DNA of 64,000 nucleotides from Patescibacteria group bacterium (GCA_038064015.1 JBBTUB010000015.1:7093-71092), one strand, 5' to 3'. Positions 39,262-48,802 are shown, counted from the stretch's first letter. Numbers and translations are program-made. The notes: a model not told the origin generated them from the sequence alone.

Positions 39262-39893
39262 TAGGAAGTTTTTTTATTAAAATGTATGGATATAAGTCCA
39301 TTAATGACAATCACGATCGTGTAAAAGAAGAGGCTCATTTGCATGATGGTCGTTATCCTTGCAAGAGAACTGACGGGATAAATATCGCCATATCCGACCG
39401 TAATGTAGGTGGCAAAACTAAAGTAAAGACTATCAAGGATATGCAAGGGATGAGAAAAAGACTCCGGATTGGCAATCGAAATCATTTGATACCAAAGAGC
39501 AAAAATAAGAACGAGTTGCATGACGTTAAGAGCGAACATGACGATGAGCCATTCACCGCGTTTTTGAGGATCATGAAAAAGAGAGAAGATTCTCCCGCGG
39601 TTGAAAATAAAATTGCGTGAATACACAATCATAAATTCAAGAACACGCTGTACGAGTAGTATGCAGATGATGACGCCTAACCAATAGGGGATGTATTGGA
39701 TCGTAAGAAGAAGACCAAAACACACGAACGTGATAACGATCATCATCACCTCCAACTTAATAAAAATCCGCTCGTCTGATTTCTTAAAAAACCATTGAGC
39801 GAATGTAAAGTTTCGATTTCCCCACTCGATACATCGGCTAAACCAAGAAATAATAAAGCTATGCTCCGAATGATGATGAAGTTCTTGTACAAT
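39261..39893 (-). CDS. Potassium-channel-family (ion transport 2) membrane protein; start uncertain
   Basis: LYFSFATYITVGYGDIYP selectivity filter; the frame extends into tRNA-Lys; first codon outside the tRNA taken as ATT 39893. Confidence 0.8.
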   Translation of the reverse strand: MVQELHHHSEHSFIISWFSRCIEWGNRNFTFAQWFFKKSDERIFIKLEVMMIVITFVCFGLLLTIQYIPYWLGVIICILLVQRVLEFMIVYSRNFIFNRGRIFSLFHDPQKRGEWLIVMFALNVMQLVLIFALWYQMISIANPESFSHPLHILDSLYFSFATYITVGYGDIYPVSSLARITTIMQMSLFFYTIVIVINGLISIHFNKKTS

Positions 39894-39896
39894 GTG

Positions 39897-39969
39897 TGCG
39901 CCCGGTTGGAGTCGAACCAACGACCTTCTCCTTAAGAGGGAGCAGCTCTACCAACTGAGCTACGGGCGC
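39897..39969 (-). tRNA. tRNA-Lys(CTT)
   Basis: Acceptor GCGCCCG/CGGGCGC; anticodon arm CTCC-CTCTTAA-GGAG; GGTTCGACTCC. Confidence 0.93.
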
Positions 39970-39999
39970 CGTGAAAAAATCCTAGCAGATTTTTTCACA

Positions 40000-40650
40000 C
40001 TATTCCAGTTCCGCTTCGATCGCGATGCGGTTTTTTGAGCTGCCGATGGGCCAGCAGGTGACGATGGCAAGAATAGGTTTCGCGTTGTTTTCTAATTCCG
40101 CAAGTCGCGCGTTACCGTCGGCTTCGAGCGGATTGAAGACGATGGACTGCTTCATACGATAGTTAAAAACTCTTCCGTCGCTGTACTTGACCGAGATGCG
40201 ATCTCCCGGCACGAGCTTGCCAATGAGCGCGCAGGGAGCGCCGTATTTGTTGTATTGCCACGGATAGAGCGAGCTGTGGCAGAGTACCGCCGAAAGACCG
40301 CCTTGGCCGGGTTTTGTGGTGGGAGAATAGTGTACCATGCCACCGGTGAGGTTTTTGTAGATGTCATCGGCATTAGCACCTACGCCAAATACGATCGGCA
40401 CCGAGACGTTTATTTTCTCGATCGTGATGGTTGCCTGATTCGGGAGTGGCTGTTGGTCAATCGTGGATACGGGCAGCAAGATGGGCTGGATCAGCGCGAG
40501 GCCGGATGCCGCAACCTTATGGTCATCCGGCTTCACGCGCTCAAACCAGTACTGCGCGTTGATATAGATCACCGGCCCGTTGACGAATACATATACCGCC
40601 ACCGCGGAGACGATGAATGCTTTGATAAAGCGAACGAGCATGGTGCTCAT
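40000..40650 (-). CDS. Sortase-family protein
   Basis: N-terminal TM; His (LCHSS), Cys (IVTCWP) and Arg (KNRI) triad. Confidence 0.85.
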   Translation of the reverse strand: MSTMLVRFIKAFIVSAVAVYVFVNGPVIYINAQYWFERVKPDDHKVAASGLALIQPILLPVSTIDQQPLPNQATITIEKINVSVPIVFGVGANADDIYKNLTGGMVHYSPTTKPGQGGLSAVLCHSSLYPWQYNKYGAPCALIGKLVPGDRISVKYSDGRVFNYRMKQSIVFNPLEADGNARLAELENNAKPILAIVTCWPIGSSKNRIAIEAELE

Positions 40651-40659
40651 ATACGGCTA

Positions 40660-43600
40660 TTATACCACGAAGTTAAACTTGTTCTTGTTCGCTTTTGCTT
40701 TTCCTACGATGCTCCACGCTTCATGCTTGCGGAAGAATCCGGTTTGCGTGTAGGCCATATAGCCAAGTGCGAGGGCGACGGTCAAGGCGAGTGAGAGTGC
40801 CACCGTACTGCCGGCACCGGTCTTGGGATCGGCGATGCCCACGAGCACGGAGCCATTATGGACTTTGATCGGAAGATCGTCGTGGATTTCGCCGATATTA
40901 TCTGCTCTTGTGTAGGCGACGTTGGTCATCGGGGTCACGCCTTTGGCAAAGTAGTCGGCATACTTGACGACTGCGTTGAATCGTACGATTGCTTCCTGAT
41001 TGGGCGCGAGTGAACCGATGTTAATGCCACCGCTGATGATGCCATCGGCGACCAAGTTGCCATTGAGGCTCGTGGTGTTATTGATGTACTGCAAGCCGTG
41101 TGGCAAGGTATCGCGTACGATCACGTTGTTCGCGGTGACCGAAGAGGTATTGCGAACGCGGATAAAGAAGTCTAGCGTATCACCGGGAGCGGCCTTCAGG
41201 GAGTTCTGCTCATTGATTTCTCCTTTGCTGACATTGCGACCCGTCTTGTGGATCGTGAGGCCGTAGCTCGGGGTGCTGTTGACGTAGACCGTGCAGGTCG
41301 CGTAGCCGTGCGCATTGTCAGATACGCTGATCGCGTAGGTGCCCGCTGCGTTGAAGCTCGTTGAGAATGAGCTTCCGGTGCCGCTGGTGCGCGTGCTATT
41401 GGCGGCATACCAGGAGTATGTTCCCGTGCCATTGTGGGCATTGAGGTACACAGTTTGGTACACGTTGGCGTACTGATAGGAAGGCGTGCAGTAAAGCTGC
41501 GACGTTTGCCGAGTGACATGGATCTGCGCGGTATCGTAGATTTGTGTGATGCCATCCGCGCGAGCGTAGCCATAGTTGGTAAGGGTGAGTGTGTTGTTGC
41601 TGAATTGGGCGCTATCGGAAACTTGCGCTCGGAAGATGATGGTTTTCGTCTGGCCGGGAGTCAGCGTGTTGATGTTGATCCCGCTGGTCGTAATCCCATC
41701 GCCGTAGTTGACGCCATCAACTTTAGTAGATCCACTCAGATACGTAACGTACGGAGGCAACGTGTCGGAGACGATCACGTTGTTGATGTTCGCACTGCCG
41801 GTATTGGTCACGCGAAGCATGAACTCTACCATATCCTGCGGCTGGGCATTGACTGACTCCGCTTCGCCATATCCGCGCGTGATGTTTGAAACACGCTTGC
41901 TGATTGAGAGCTGGCCCTGGTTGGGCTGGACATAGACTGAGCAGGTGTCGCTTTGATTGCCGCTGGTGACTGTAACGATCTTGGTGCCGGTGCTCCCGTA
42001 GGTCGTGCTAAAGCTTGAGCCGGTATTGCCGGAAGGATTGCCGGTGGGTGCTGACCAGCTGTAGGTGCCATTTCCGCCGGTTGCGGAGAAACTGACATAC
42101 TGATTCATGTTTATATTTTGGTTCGAGGGACTGCATACCACGACTGGAGTGTTTTTGGTTACTAAGACTGATGCCTGGGCACTCAAGGTCGAGGTGCCAT
42201 CTGCGCGCGCGTAGGCCGTATTAACGAGCGTCTCGGTACCAATACTGAATTGACTATCGCCAGCGACTTGAGCGCGGAAGCGAATTTCCCGAGTCTGGCC
42301 GGAAACCGTCGTATTGATGTTGATGCCGCCATTGACGAAGTTATCGCTGGCAGTCGAGCCATCAACCGTTACTGAGCCACTGATGAAGTTGAGGCGGCCG
42401 GGAAGCGTATCGCTCACAAAGGTATTGGTCGCGCTGCCGGTGCCGCTGTTGGTTACTCGGATGACAAACTCAACCGTATTGCCGGGAATAGCAGTAACCG
42501 ACGTCGCTTCTCCGGAGTTTTGGGTTACATTGAGAACACGCTTTGAGATGCTCAATGACGGAGTAAGGTCGGTGTGGCTTTGCACTTTGTCAAACGCGGC
42601 GCATACTGCGGTGAGACTATTGTGGCTTGAATTGTCAGGATGCGCGGCATGTGCCGGAATGATCGTCGAGACCGCTGAGCCGAGCACGAGGGCGGTGTTC
42701 ACGATATCATTGCGAACATAGCTCTGGTTTTGAGGAATGTCTCTGCTCGCATTGGTGCGGGCAACCATGTTGCCATTGCTGCCTTTCAGTTCAAGATAGT
42801 ACTGTTCACGCTGTTGGTTTTCCTGATTCGGGTGATCGTCAAAAGACTCCAGCGTTACCCGGTAGGTGCCGGCGGGAAGCGAGGCATGTGCGTTCTCTTG
42901 CGTGCGGCGTCCGGCGCCGGACTTTGAGCTCATCCAGACGTTGTTGGGATCGTTGATGCCGTTGTGAAACTTGACGAGCGTGCGGCTCTCGTAGCCCGCA
43001 GGTGTCGCTGGCCCAAGGTTGCAGTTCAATGAGGTGAGATCGGTATTTGGAGTAGGACGAGGGGTCGGAGTGGGAGTGGCGATTACTTCAGGGGCGACAA
43101 CACGAACCTTAAACGTAATGTAGCGGAGGTGTTCGTAACAGCCCTGTTGATTGCCTAAGTTGATGGTTTCGTGATTGCCGATGGAACGGGTTGTTCCCAC
43201 CTGGCTAAGATCATCCCGCAGGATTCGCAACGTGCCGGGAATGATTTCCAGGGTTTCATCTGCACTGGTTTTAAAAAGATATCCGCCGCTGATCTTGGAA
43301 GCGTTGTCAGCCTTCGCATCAACGTAGACGCCGTGGCTTGTGCCCGTGCCGGCATCCGTGCGAATTTCCACTCGGACATTTTTAGCGGTCGTGATGCCGT
43401 CGATTCCCGTATCGAGGGCGCCATTATGCACATAGATGCGTACGGTACCTTCTTGGCCGGCATGGAGTGTCGTGCCTTGCTCAAGCTGGGCATCGCTCAT
43501 GGGGTATGAGCCGCCATCAGCTTTTCCTGAAACCAGGGGATAGTCGCCACAAGCATCTGAACCCGTGTAGTCAACCGGGAAAGGATTTAAGCGTGCCCCA

Positions 43601-43725
43601 TTTTTATAGGTGGTGCAATCCGTCGCGGATACGTTGCTGGGCGTCGACAGCGCCAAGCCAAAAGCCACTCCTGCGAGAGCTACTGCTACGACTGCGAGAC
43701 TCACTTTCATATTGCGAATACTCAT
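40660..43725 (-). CDS. Large DUF11/Ig-repeat surface protein with a sortase-type C-terminal signal
   Basis: Three repeats of L-x-I-x-K...F-x-IRV-x-N...V-x-DTLP...G-x-NI; ends PKTG + TM + basic tail; start uncertain. Confidence 0.85.
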   Translation of the reverse strand: MSIRNMKVSLAVVAVALAGVAFGLALSTPSNVSATDCTTYKNGARLNPFPVDYTGSDACGDYPLVSGKADGGSYPMSDAQLEQGTTLHAGQEGTVRIYVHNGALDTGIDGITTAKNVRVEIRTDAGTGTSHGVYVDAKADNASKISGGYLFKTSADETLEIIPGTLRILRDDLSQVGTTRSIGNHETINLGNQQGCYEHLRYITFKVRVVAPEVIATPTPTPRPTPNTDLTSLNCNLGPATPAGYESRTLVKFHNGINDPNNVWMSSKSGAGRRTQENAHASLPAGTYRVTLESFDDHPNQENQQREQYYLELKGSNGNMVARTNASRDIPQNQSYVRNDIVNTALVLGSAVSTIIPAHAAHPDNSSHNSLTAVCAAFDKVQSHTDLTPSLSISKRVLNVTQNSGEATSVTAIPGNTVEFVIRVTNSGTGSATNTFVSDTLPGRLNFISGSVTVDGSTASDNFVNGGININTTVSGQTREIRFRAQVAGDSQFSIGTETLVNTAYARADGTSTLSAQASVLVTKNTPVVVCSPSNQNINMNQYVSFSATGGNGTYSWSAPTGNPSGNTGSSFSTTYGSTGTKIVTVTSGNQSDTCSVYVQPNQGQLSISKRVSNITRGYGEAESVNAQPQDMVEFMLRVTNTGSANINNVIVSDTLPPYVTYLSGSTKVDGVNYGDGITTSGININTLTPGQTKTIIFRAQVSDSAQFSNNTLTLTNYGYARADGITQIYDTAQIHVTRQTSQLYCTPSYQYANVYQTVYLNAHNGTGTYSWYAANSTRTSGTGSSFSTSFNAAGTYAISVSDNAHGYATCTVYVNSTPSYGLTIHKTGRNVSKGEINEQNSLKAAPGDTLDFFIRVRNTSSVTANNVIVRDTLPHGLQYINNTTSLNGNLVADGIISGGINIGSLAPNQEAIVRFNAVVKYADYFAKGVTPMTNVAYTRADNIGEIHDDLPIKVHNGSVLVGIADPKTGAGSTVALSLALTVALALGYMAYTQTGFFRKHEAWSIVGKAKANKNKFNFVV

Positions 43726-43901
43726 ACTATTTTTTCGGTATTCCAGGCCCATTACCTCCGGAATACACAATTAATTATTTTTTGTTCTCCGACGAACACG
43801 ACTGATGCTTTTCTTGAGAACCAATCGTGTTGGTCTGAAATTGTTGTTGGGGGCAGGTGGGAGGAGGACGCGGTGGTCGCTCCCACCTGCGCTCCCGAGG
43901 A

Positions 43902-44678
43902 CTAGATGTTGTTCCCTTGAACTCGGCTCTGATTCTGCTTGTGGGCCTGGCCGTTCAGGATGATGCCGAGCACGGTGCCGGCGCCCCCCACGATCGGGAT
44001 CCCGATGCAGACCTTCTTGTGGCGTCCGCACCAGGAGCGCTTCTTGACCACGACGGGTGGCGTCGCTGGACACGTCGGACAGGTGGGACAGTTCGGGCAG
44101 GACTCCTTCACGATCCGCTCCACCTCCTTCGTAACGATCCTTTCGACAGTTTGAGGTGGGGGAAGGTAGGCATCACCCGCTGTTACCTTGTTGCCGCACC
44201 GGTCGACCACGAGGATGTTGCAAAGTTTACCGCGGTCGGGGAGCTCTGAGCAGGACGACTCCTTGACGTGGACTGCTTCTCCTGGCTTCAAGGTCACAAC
44301 CGTAGAGTTGCAGTGGGCATCGAGGAACGAGACCACTGCAGGCTTCACGAGGTGGACGCCGAGTTGGCCGGGTTGTTGCCAGCTTGCGAGGAACCCTCGC
44401 TTGCTCTGGGGGTTGGATCGGATGATCTTGTCCGAGTCCTGATCCCGCATGTCTTTGCTGTTCTTGATGCACAGTGCCGGAATTTCCGTAGACCGATTGT
44501 AGTAGTCGGGCGTGGGTAAGTCGGTATTGAGCTCACAACGGCAGGGGCTTCCAGCACTCGTTGTCTCACTCGTGTCCTTTGGTGCTGCCGCCTTGGTGGG
44601 CGGGGCGACCACGACCACGAATAGGAGTTCGAGCAATGCCGCGAGAAGAAGACGACGCAAACGGAGACTGAGCATCAT
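43902..44678 (-). CDS. Cys-rich secreted/membrane protein of unknown function
   Basis: Signal-like N-terminus; VERIV repeat; CPNCPTCPTCP; C-terminal hydrophobic segment. Confidence 0.65.
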   Translation of the reverse strand: MMLSLRLRRLLLAALLELLFVVVVAPPTKAAAPKDTSETTSAGSPCRCELNTDLPTPDYYNRSTEIPALCIKNSKDMRDQDSDKIIRSNPQSKRGFLASWQQPGQLGVHLVKPAVVSFLDAHCNSTVVTLKPGEAVHVKESSCSELPDRGKLCNILVVDRCGNKVTAGDAYLPPPQTVERIVTKEVERIVKESCPNCPTCPTCPATPPVVVKKRSWCGRHKKVCIGIPIVGGAGTVLGIILNGQAHKQNQSRVQGNNI

Positions 44679-44880
44679 GGCAACGGCCTTTTTTCCTGGT
44701 TCGGAGTTGACTGATCTGAGTTTTGAAGAACACTATTTTTGCCTGCACTTGCCGACAAATAGCTATAACCGATCCGGTTCCAGCTATCTGCGGGTAAATA
44801 AATAGCCTCTTTCAGGCTGAACGTACTATACACCACTGGAAAATTAAAGTCAAGTGTGGTAGGGTAAATGGTGAATCCAC

Positions 44881-44952
44881 GCGCCCGTGGTGAAATGGAT
44901 ATCACGACAGGCTTCGAACCTGTTGTTCCAAGTTCGAGTCTTGGCGGGCGCA
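44881..44952 (+). tRNA. tRNA-Arg(TCG)
   Basis: Acceptor GCGCCCG/CGGGCGC; anticodon arm ACAGG-CTTCGAA-CCTGT. Confidence 0.94.
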
Positions 44953-45003
44953 CTTCGGTCTGGTGACCTCAGCACTTCCTCGCTCTCGCTCGGTCGCACC
45001 TAG

Positions 45004-45036
45004 CAAAAAACCTTCCCCAAGTGGGAAGGTTTTTTG
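45004..45036. terminator. Bidirectional intrinsic terminator
   Basis: CAAAAAACCTTCCC-CAAGT-GGGAAGGTTTTTTG between convergent genes. Confidence 0.8.
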
Positions 45037-45039
45037 TTT

Positions 45040-45597
45040 TTAGGATCCGAGAACTTCGATACGTACCGTGCGGCGGCCCCAATTGATCGCGTCGGGCTTA
45101 TGCTCAAACCATACGTCAACGCGATCAGAGAAGCGTCTTGCCATGCGGTCATGGACGACGAAGACCTTGTCACCATAATAGTCGGGGATTCTAATTTCCG
45201 TACCAAAGGGTAAGAAGTTTGCAGCAACCATACCCCAATATACGCGTGAGCCGTCAGCGGCGATAAACGGCGTGCTGTCAGTTTGCGCCTCTTCGGAGTT
45301 GTATCCGGTAGAAGTTACAAACATTTCCCGGGCGACGGCGAGTGTCGCGCCGCGGACTGCCTGAATGGCGGGCGCCGCGGATTGTACCGGAGCGTAGTGC
45401 GCCACGAGGAAATTATCCTGGACGATCACCGCTTTGCCAGTCTCGGTGAACTCAATGACGCCTGATTGTGTAGCCGTGACATAGGGTTGCTGGCTCGCAG
45501 AAGCAATTGACTCATCTTCTTGGGCCGCGAGAACGATACCAGTAAACGTGAGAGAGATAATCTTCGCGGCGATAAAGGCTTTCTTAAACGTAGTCAT
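45040..45597 (-). CDS. 3D (Asp-Asp-Asp) domain lytic-transglycosylase-like protein
   Basis: TGYNS...QTDSTPFIAADG, VAANFLPFGT, VHDRM, RVDVWF. Confidence 0.88.
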   Translation of the reverse strand: MTTFKKAFIAAKIISLTFTGIVLAAQEDESIASASQQPYVTATQSGVIEFTETGKAVIVQDNFLVAHYAPVQSAAPAIQAVRGATLAVAREMFVTSTGYNSEEAQTDSTPFIAADGSRVYWGMVAANFLPFGTEIRIPDYYGDKVFVVHDRMARRFSDRVDVWFEHKPDAINWGRRTVRIEVLGS

Positions 45598-45696
45598 AGG
45601 TTTATAAAAAGTGGCTTATTAGGCCACTTTCTTGCTAAAATCTACCCTACTTAATCGTATGGGTATATAATAGCATATCTAGACTATGAAGTCAAG

Positions 45697-46581
45697 TTAT
45701 CGAGCCACGACGGTGACTACTAAAATGAGGATGATCAGCGGCATGAGAAACCCTAGAACCGTCAGCCAGGTGATCAGTTTTTTGTCTTTTTGCGCTTCCG
45801 CACCTAATATCACCTGGCCTTTTATGGATTTGAGGTTCGTATAGATTCTTAGGCTGAATAACATAGCAAAGGGAGTGATCACGATCGAGAGAAGCTGCTG
45901 GAGGATTTGCAACACTGCTTCGACGCCGGTGCCTTCGAGCGCGAGAGCTGATCCGATGCTGGCAAAGATTATAAAAACAATATAGATACCGCCAACGATG
46001 AGTCCCATCAACAAAGTTCGTCCGAAAACCGGCCACCAATAGTTGCGGGCGTATTCGCGGCTTTTCAGGAGCGCCTGGAATCCCCGATCGCCTTCGCTCA
46101 AAAAGATATAGAGCGCAAACATAAACCAGACTGAAAAGATGATGCCGGGAATCACGCCGAGCAAAAACCCTCCAATGGCGATTACTCCCGAAATGAAAGA
46201 GATCCAAAAATATGAACCGATCTTTCTCCATGATTGGCGAAAAGACTCTTGAACCCCGACTCCTTCGCTTGCGTGAACCATGGCATAGAGCAATGCGACG
46301 GCACTCCAGAGGTAGATGATGATGGCCGCTATGATAGCGATGATGAGCACCATGATGCCTCCTCCGGCTACCAGATACGAAGAACGGAGCGTGTCTTGGC
46401 CGAGCAGGGCACCACCGACTCCGAAAGCAACCAGCAAGAGCGTGACGATCGTCGGGATCACCGAGATGCCGATATAGGTCCAAAACCGCTGGGTATAGTC
46501 ACCCCAGGTTTCCTTCAAAAGTTTTCCGGTGCCGGGTAGCATGGGTCGTAGCACGGGTGCAGACATAGTCGGTTCGTCCAT
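45697..46581 (-). CDS. Integral membrane protein (GDPD-membrane-domain-like)
   Basis: LGVIPGIIFSVWF...ALLKS...WWPVFGR; about 7 TMs. Confidence 0.75.
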   Translation of the reverse strand: MDEPTMSAPVLRPMLPGTGKLLKETWGDYTQRFWTYIGISVIPTIVTLLLVAFGVGGALLGQDTLRSSYLVAGGGIMVLIIAIIAAIIIYLWSAVALLYAMVHASEGVGVQESFRQSWRKIGSYFWISFISGVIAIGGFLLGVIPGIIFSVWFMFALYIFLSEGDRGFQALLKSREYARNYWWPVFGRTLLMGLIVGGIYIVFIIFASIGSALALEGTGVEAVLQILQQLLSIVITPFAMLFSLRIYTNLKSIKGQVILGAEAQKDKKLITWLTVLGFLMPLIILILVVTVVAR

Positions 46582-46606
46582 AAAAAAGTTGGTTAATTGT
46601 ACTCAG

Positions 46607-46677
46607 AGCGGGTAAGGGGAGTCGAACCCCTGTTCACTGATTGGCAACCAGTCGTAATACCGTTATACGATACCCGC
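46607..46677 (-). tRNA. tRNA-Gly(GCC)
   Basis: Acceptor GCGGGTA/TACCCGC; anticodon arm ACTGG-TTGCCAA-TCAGT. Confidence 0.94.
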
Positions 46678-46678
46678 T

Positions 46679-47350
46679 TTACACTTTGGGATTATAGAGC
46701 ATCCCCTGGTAAATTTCAATCCATTTCAATAGTTTTTCTTTAAGTTTTCGGCTATGGATCAAAATCATACATGATCCTGAAGAGAATCGCTTCGTGGTCT
46801 TGGCACGCTTAATGATAATAGATTTCTGGAATAACGCAGCTGGAATTCCTAAAAGTTTCGCCCACGTGCTTTTTTGGACGGAATCAATCAAGTCAGGATA
46901 GAGAATGAGGCGCATCTTTATCTGTTCCTCGTTGGCAAGCTCATTGGTTAGCAGAAACGAGCGAAATGCCCGAATCATTTCATGATCGTTGCTCGTGAAG
47001 CGAACTTGGCTGTTTGCGGACGAAGTATCCCCTCGTGTCCAGTAGAGCACGATGCCCGCAAGAAAACGGGCTTGTTTGCTCAGTTCAAGAAAATCTTTTA
47101 TTGCCTCGGTGCGATATTGGTTATGCACACCCTGCCAGTATCGGCGTACAGCTTTAGGAAGTTGTCTGGCTCGGACTTTCGCTTCTTGCGCCGCTTGCGA
47201 AGTGCGCTGCGTACGGACTTTTTGAGACCACGTTTCTTGAGAAAACCAAGAACTGAGCGTACTTTTAGGAACTCCAAATTTCTTGCTAATTTCCGTATAG
47301 CTTTTTCCGGCCTCGCGCATTTCCTTGGCTTTTTGACGCTCTTTTCTCAT
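46679..47350 (-). CDS. HTH + degenerate LAGLIDADG-like DNA-binding protein
   Basis: GKSYTEISKKFGVPKSTLSSW HTH; FLAGIVLYWTRGD...VRFTSNDHEMIRAF. Confidence 0.75.
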   Translation of the reverse strand: MRKERQKAKEMREAGKSYTEISKKFGVPKSTLSSWFSQETWSQKVRTQRTSQAAQEAKVRARQLPKAVRRYWQGVHNQYRTEAIKDFLELSKQARFLAGIVLYWTRGDTSSANSQVRFTSNDHEMIRAFRSFLLTNELANEEQIKMRLILYPDLIDSVQKSTWAKLLGIPAALFQKSIIIKRAKTTKRFSSGSCMILIHSRKLKEKLLKWIEIYQGMLYNPKV

Positions 47351-47455
47351 AATGTTGATAAGTATCGTATACCTACTTATTAGGTGTACATATAATTATA
47401 TACAGTAGTTCAGTTTTTACTATGCCTTTTTGTGGATAGTGGTTGATAACCAAAG

Positions 47456-47486
47456 AAAAAGACCCTTTTAGGGGGGGTCTTTTTTG
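47456..47486. terminator. Intrinsic terminator downstream of tRNA-Val/tRNA-Phe
   Basis: AAAAAGACCC...GGGTCTTTTT. Confidence 0.7.
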
Positions 47487-47491
47487 TTCTG

Positions 47492-47566
47492 TGGTGCCGC
47501 GGGTCGGAATTGAACCGACGACCACATCCTCTTCAGGGATATGCTCTACCACTGAGCTACCGCGGC
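47492..47566 (-). tRNA. tRNA-Phe(GAA) with encoded CCA
   Basis: Acceptor GCCGCGG/CCGCGGC then ACCA; anticodon arm TATCC-CTGAAGA-GGATG. Confidence 0.95.
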
Positions 47567-47593
47567 ATCTATAATTCGGTTCTTGAGAACCGG

Positions 47594-47665
47594 TGGGCGC
47601 GCCCAGACTCGAACTGGGAACCTTTTCTACGTCAAAGAAACGCTCTACCATTGAGCTACGCGCCC
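47594..47665 (-). tRNA. tRNA-Val(GAC)
   Basis: Acceptor GGGCGCG/CGCGCCC; anticodon arm TTTCT-TTGACGT-AGAAA. Confidence 0.94.
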
Positions 47666-47685
47666 TACACCTACATCTCTACTGA

Positions 47686-47726
47686 GTCCCGACGCAGTAG
47701 GTCGGGACCCCGACTGAAACGTCGGG
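47686..47726. repeat. Tandem double hairpin (REP-like) with CCCGAC/GTCGGG cores
   Basis: GTCCCGAC-gcagtag-GTCGGGAC directly followed by CCCGAC-tgaaac-GTCGGG. Confidence 0.75.
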
Positions 47727-47765
47727 GCTAAGCGCGCGCAATCTGGCGAAGGTATTCTACCAGAG

Positions 47766-48212
47766 CTATTTTAGGAGGTCAAAGTATTCTTTGAGAGCTT
47801 GGAATGTGGCGCTGCCATCATCGAGTTTCGAGTAGTCATCTTTAGTCACCCATTCGTAGCCCGAGTGTTCGTAACTTAATCTCACTTCACCGGATTTGTA
47901 GGCACATTGAAATCCAACATTATACACGAGCATTCCCGGGGTTCTGGATCTGGCTCCCAGTTTTCGAAAGTAGATACAGAAAGGCTTGCCGATCTCAATC
48001 TCCAATCCGCATTCTTCTCGGACTTCTCGCCGAAGTGATTCAAAAAAATTAACTCCGTCATCTTCCTGAATTCTTCCTCCAGGCAAATCGATATAATTTG
48101 ACTCTCCAGCTTCGGAGTCAGAATCTTTGCCATGAAGCACTAATAACTTTCCAGCCTTATCAATAAACGCCTTCTGACCTACGAAGAAGAGTTGATTTTC
48201 AGTTTCGGCCAT
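47766..48212 (-). CDS. NUDIX hydrolase (MutT-like)
   Basis: DLPGGRIQE...LRREVREECGL; LSYEHSGYEW. Confidence 0.9.
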   Translation of the reverse strand: MAETENQLFFVGQKAFIDKAGKLLVLHGKDSDSEAGESNYIDLPGGRIQEDDGVNFFESLRREVREECGLEIEIGKPFCIYFRKLGARSRTPGMLVYNVGFQCAYKSGEVRLSYEHSGYEWVTKDDYSKLDDGSATFQALKEYFDLLK

Positions 48213-48262
48213 ATATTAATAGGTTAGCATCTCAAGAGGGGCAAGATCGTAGGCTTTACTGA

Positions 48263-48802
48263 TTATGGTGATACCTCTTTTTTGGGATGTCTATATATTT
48301 TGTAGCCAATGAATAAAATTAATAGGACGATTATTAGAAAGGGCGTTACTGGTCCGAGAAAAAATAAGATATTGAAAAGAAGAATGTCTTTTTGACCTTC
48401 TGATAGCAAACTCGTGTTACTGCAGAGACTTACCGACAAATCACCATTATCTGTGTAGGCGTACACCATGTATTCTCCGCCCTTTTGAAACTCATAACCA
48501 CAACTGACCTCGCTTGAGGCGGTAGTAATGGTTATTTTTTTGTCATGAACGCCCTTGTATGATTTATAAACTTCAAAGCTTACCTTTACCGGATCCATGC
48601 TGCTGGTTATAGGTTTTGACCAGGTGACTTCAGTAACGCGGCCAGAAAAAATGTCATCATAGCCAAAATAAGAGAAAATTGCCGGTCGTGGTTGCATACA
48701 GGAGCATGCATACGCGGTAGGAATTTTGAAAGTAGCAAATAAAACAAAAGAACTTGCCAGAGTTACTAAGCCAAGTTTTGTAAGTTGTTTCAAGCGATTC
48801 AT
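48263..48802 (-). CDS. TIMP/NTR-fold-like secreted protein with a C-terminal membrane anchor
   Basis: AYA-CSC after the signal peptide; IFSGRV, SCGYEF-x-x-G-x-x-Y-x-VYA, LCS. Confidence 0.7.
   Translation of the reverse strand: MNRLKQLTKLGLVTLASSFVLFATFKIPTAYACSCMQPRPAIFSYFGYDDIFSGRVTEVTWSKPITSSMDPVKVSFEVYKSYKGVHDKKITITTASSEVSCGYEFQKGGEYMVYAYTDNGDLSVSLCSNTSLLSEGQKDILLFNILFFLGPVTPFLIIVLLILFIGYKIYRHPKKEVSP

Noticed and set aside
39894-39920. K+ channel start at TTG 39920 as given in the ORF track
   Set aside because: It lies inside the tRNA-Lys T-arm; a start outside the tRNA is more plausible
45606-45630. Riboswitch upstream of the 3D-domain gene
   Set aside because: Only a single hairpin (AAAGTGGC/GCCACTTT); no recognisable aptamer
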